A DNA stretch of 64,000 nt. Origin: Epithemia pelagica (Eukaryota; Protista; Bacillariophyta). The stretch is from NCBI GenBank assembly GCA_946965045.2, contig OX337231.1, positions 558,001 through 622,000 on the forward strand. Reading direction: 5' to 3'. This document shows positions 60,255-64,000 of this stretch, in pieces; position 1 is the stretch's first letter, and every line of letters begins with the position of its first letter. The translations under genes and the position numbers were made by a program. Below the pieces are notes generated by a model. That model searched no databases, was not told the DNA's origin, and saw only the letters and a list, made by a program, of their open reading frames with translations.

Positions 60255-62127
60255 GTCAAAAAAAGATATGATGTTTTGAATCGACAGTTGTGATTTTATG
60301 ACACACCGTTCAACCTTATAATATCTTCTGCTCTTCAAAATCTTCGTTCGTAAGTGGAAGTGACTCTTCGCGCCGTGTCAACTTGCATGCATGATTCCGT
60401 AGTCACGACTTTTGTGCTTTGACGAACTCATGGCGCTAGGATTTATAATCTTAGGCGGGGATAAGTCTCTTTTCGTTTTGAATTACTATCCTGAATTTCA
60501 GAACTTTCCGCTGAAGTTGATTACTTCGCAGCGTGAGCGACCTGCATGCTCGCTCGGGTGGCAAGATAAGGGCTGGGTAAGCCGATCCATGTTCGGCTAA
60601 GTAGGTTCAGTACAAAAGCTACGTAGCGTACATAAAATCCCATAGTACACGTATTACCTGAAATGGTAGGAAGTCCGAAAAAATGCAAAAATACTCCACG
60701 ATGACGGCGAGATCCGTTGATGCCGCATGCATTTACCGATGCATCGCATCAACATCCTACTACTGTAAGTTGTTTGAGTTTGCTAGTATTACTGTGTTCT
60801 GCAGCTACAGAAGATTTGTCGCGTTGGATCAAAAGGTATACTCATTTTTCTGTGGTGATGTAATCCAAAAACCTTCCTAACTCATTCATTTCTCAACGGT
60901 GACTGAATCAAATTGAAACCATAGTTGCTCTAGTATTCAAGAGCATTATTCTAAAAGTGATTCAGTTAGGCTCAATTATCCATGAAGTTATTGCCATGGG
61001 GGTGATTTCTTCGACCATTGTCGAGTGATGGTTTCCGGATTGCATTGTTTCTCGTGGCAGCAAGTTTTCGATTTGTGACCATTCGCCCCACTTGTTACAG
61101 TGATGAAAATAGTACTACGTAGCTTAATGTACTGAGCCTACTTAGCCGAACATGGATCGGCTTACAATACCCAGCCCTTACAAGATAGCCCAAGAGCAAG
61201 AACAACATATCGCCAAATGTACCAAATTGATATGTTGTCGGTCAAACGTCAAACTGACGCCACCACAACCTGTATGCATTCCATTTTCTGTCAGTCGACG
61301 TCTGGCATACAATATACAATAGAAACACTTTTGGACTATGATCTCAGCGAAAACGCACTAAAAGACCACATTCTTAACAGAACAAAGATGCAGTATATCA
61401 TGTGACTTTATGTGTTGCTGCAACCATGCTTATCAGGGCGAGGTGTCGCTCTGATCACTGTCCTCCTCTTGGATGTCAACATGCTGGATTGATTTGGCTT
61501 GTTTCCAAACATGGTGACTTGATCTTTGGTCCTCACGACTAGGGGACATCGACCAATCTTCAAATCGATACGCTCAAGAATTTCATTTTCGTTGGACTAA
61601 ACATTAGCTTTATGGACTCAACATCTTTTGTCTTTGTTCACTACAACGGACGCAAATACCGACCCGCCAAACCGGTACCACAACCTCGACGCGCATCGTC
61701 GGGCCGTGTTAGTATTACGGTGGGGGACCACGTTGAATCACAAAAAAATTGTCAAGTCCACGGAGGACATTCGTCGTCTGGGATCGCATCGACCTGATCA
61801 ATGTCAACAAGCGGCATCTGTTTTGGTTTCGCAAGATTCAAGATACCAAATTCCAGCGTGAATCCTTTTACTTTTCAGTTGATAGAATCATCATTCCGAG
61901 GCCAAGAGCGCCTGGGTGTTGAAAAAGATACCTTTGCGCCGGCACGACTATCCCTAATCCTAATCCCCATGCAAAAGGCAATCCCATGTGCGCGGAAGCG
62001 TGCCAGCCAAAACAAGCTTCGGTCATCTTCATGTTGAAGTGTGAATGTAATCAGCAGAATCACTTTTTATGCTACCACTCTCTATGTTATGCGAGATTGT
62101 TCAGGACATATGGCTTGATGGGTCCGT

Positions 62128-64000
62128 TTAGAAGGTATCAATGTTCTGGTACATGTTTTCAATGTTCATGGGTTCAAACTTTTCCTCCTTCAGTCCATTC
62201 ATGTACCAATCCTCGACCGCCTTGGTACGACTCCAATAGTTTGGAAGCCTGTGGGACGGATAAAACAGGGGGCTGATCTGCGAAAACCATGAATTCCCAT
62301 GTTCTTCGCTGTACCCAATGGCAAAGGGTGGCTCGTTCTCCTTCTTTTGGTCTTTCAAGTGAAGGTTGATTCCAGTGTGCTGGTACCCACCTGGGGGAAG
62401 AACAGGGACAGCGTCGTTTTGATTGGACACACGAATGTGTCGTAGACGTCCCTTGGTTTCAAGCTGCTCAAAGGCTTTGCGAAAGTTACTATCACCCACA
62501 TAAGGGGACGCGTATGTCATGCAAATGAGGGGGAAAGGAATGCCTTTTTTCTCCATTCCATCAGAACCCGCGAGCCGGAAGGAAAATAATGTGGCCAAGG
62601 CACCTCCAAGACTGTTGGACACGAAAATGAAAGAATCCATGAGATACCGGGAGTGACAAACAAATTTTTCTCAACACGAATGGGATATGCCTCGTACCTG
62701 TGACCTGTAACGTAAAGCTGAAAGTTTTTATGGACTTGTTGTCCATTTTCTTCATAGCGGTAGATATCTCTCAACTGATTCATGATCTGTCCATATTTTC
62801 TCCGTTTCAGTTTGGCAATATGCTTCGAGTCCTTCTCATTACCCCGTTCTACAATATGGTCAAACAGATAACCTGTTGAGCATAACACCAATGGGTGAGC
62901 TTCGGTTCTAGGAACCACACAGTCATTGGAAAGATTCCATGTCGCATCTTCTTACTTTTGAATCCAGAATGAACGCGGATTTTCTGGTCTCCATCAAGGC
63001 CCTCTTCTGAAACCACATTCGGCATTTTCATGGGCCTCAAAAAGAACCGAACATTTGTCATCCAATCTCGAGATACAACACTTCCGCGAAAACAGACCGT
63101 GACACGTTTTAAGTCACTGTTGGCAATGTATACAAGCAAATGACATGAGACGATGAACAATACGCAAGCGAGATAGAAAAGGTGCAAGGCCAAGACTCAC
63201 CGGTTGACTGTAATTCCATACACTAGCTGCGAGTTGGCAAATTGGTCGTCAAATTCCCACAAATATGCATCCTTTCCCCATTTTTTCAGTTGATTAATTG
63301 CTCTGACATTGAGGTCGGAAGCAACTTCCATGTCGTCACTCAAATACCTTAAGGTTTCGTTCGTCAAGACTTTTCGAATGTCTGAAGCCGGAATAGGTTT
63401 TGCCAAGACATTATTCGATCTTCGCCCCTGTGGAGCTTTTTCTCCCCTCCCCATTATAAGTTCGGCATGTTCTAGTTGCGTGCGTCCAGCAAAAGGATTC
63501 CACCACGAGTTCCGAATTCCGCCCTTTCGTACGAGTTTCCTCAGCTGAGAAAAATCATAAATAAGGGATGACACTGTGAAAGTTGACGAAGAAGACAGAG
63601 TGTAAGCAAAACGACTCCGGGAGAGGCCCTTCCCATGAACATGTGTTGCAAGATGTCTATACTTACAACCCATGGTTGCTTCCATTTCTTCAACAATATC
63701 CGAACCACTTTGAAAGGGATTCACCGCTTTTGTTTCCTTCAATTGATCAAGCTTTTCCTTATGGCTTTGTCTTCTGTTTGCCCGAAGAAGGGGAACAGAA
63801 TTGGCGTAGTTTCCATCCGCCACGAGATTGGCCTTGAGAAATGACGGTCTCTTGCACCGTTTATTACGGTACGCCTCGGCGATTTGCTTCTTGTCGCGCT
63901 CTGCTTGTTCATACTGCTCTGAGGCGTCTTGCCATAGTTTATCATACCGTGCGTGCTTCTCGAGCTTTGGAGGTAACTTGGCGTTGGAAGCTTTGCCTGG
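62128..64000 (-). CDS. Class-3 lipase, copy 6 (5' end beyond the window)
   Basis: Same sequence as other copies; predicted start lies ~105 bp past the window end. Confidence 0.9.

Larger units (their letters stand above)
33499..64000. repeat. Head-to-tail tandem array of a 3851-3862-bp unit (at least 6 copies, continues past the window end)
   Basis: Identical ORF sets recur at offsets 3859, 12825 (=3862-23+8986), 3862, 3851 and 3851. Unit starts at about 33499, 37358, 50183, 54045, 57896 and 61747; only a handful of SNPs/indels differ. Confidence 0.97.

Noticed and set aside
33499-64000. CRISPR or satellite-like array
   Set aside because: Units are ~3.9-kb gene-containing duplications, not short repeat-spacer arrays.

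Overview
Eukaryotic nuclear DNA with short GT-AG introns and a compact gene layout. The gene set and style suggest a pennate diatom (inference). The left half (1-33.5 kb) holds an intact, very young Ty3/Gypsy LTR retrotransposon (1112-6831, identical 213-bp LTRs, AGAGG target-site duplication). It also holds host genes: Kelch protein, SRP-receptor beta, a UBA/Tudor-like domain C5 DNA methyltransferase, an SDR with one internal stop, an intact MscS channel plus decayed paralogue fragments, TMEM222, a bHLH-like factor and a putative plastid membrane protein. The right half (33.5-64 kb) is a near-identical head-to-tail array of a ~3.86-kb unit carrying a 4-exon class-3 lipase gene and a 614-bp TIR element (at least 6 copies). 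Copy 2 is interrupted by an 8986-bp tyrosine-recombinase retroelement (40681-49666: gag-like ORF, RT/RNase H, overlapping YR ORF). The sister copies preserve the empty site, so its ends can be read almost exactly. It has no target-site duplication or target loss, no ITR/ICR or split direct repeats that I could find by eye, and a hairpin-dense ~500-nt 3' region. This apparently repeat-less YR retroelement is the most interesting candidate for an undescribed system. No database searches or folding were run; all homology calls come from motif recognition.
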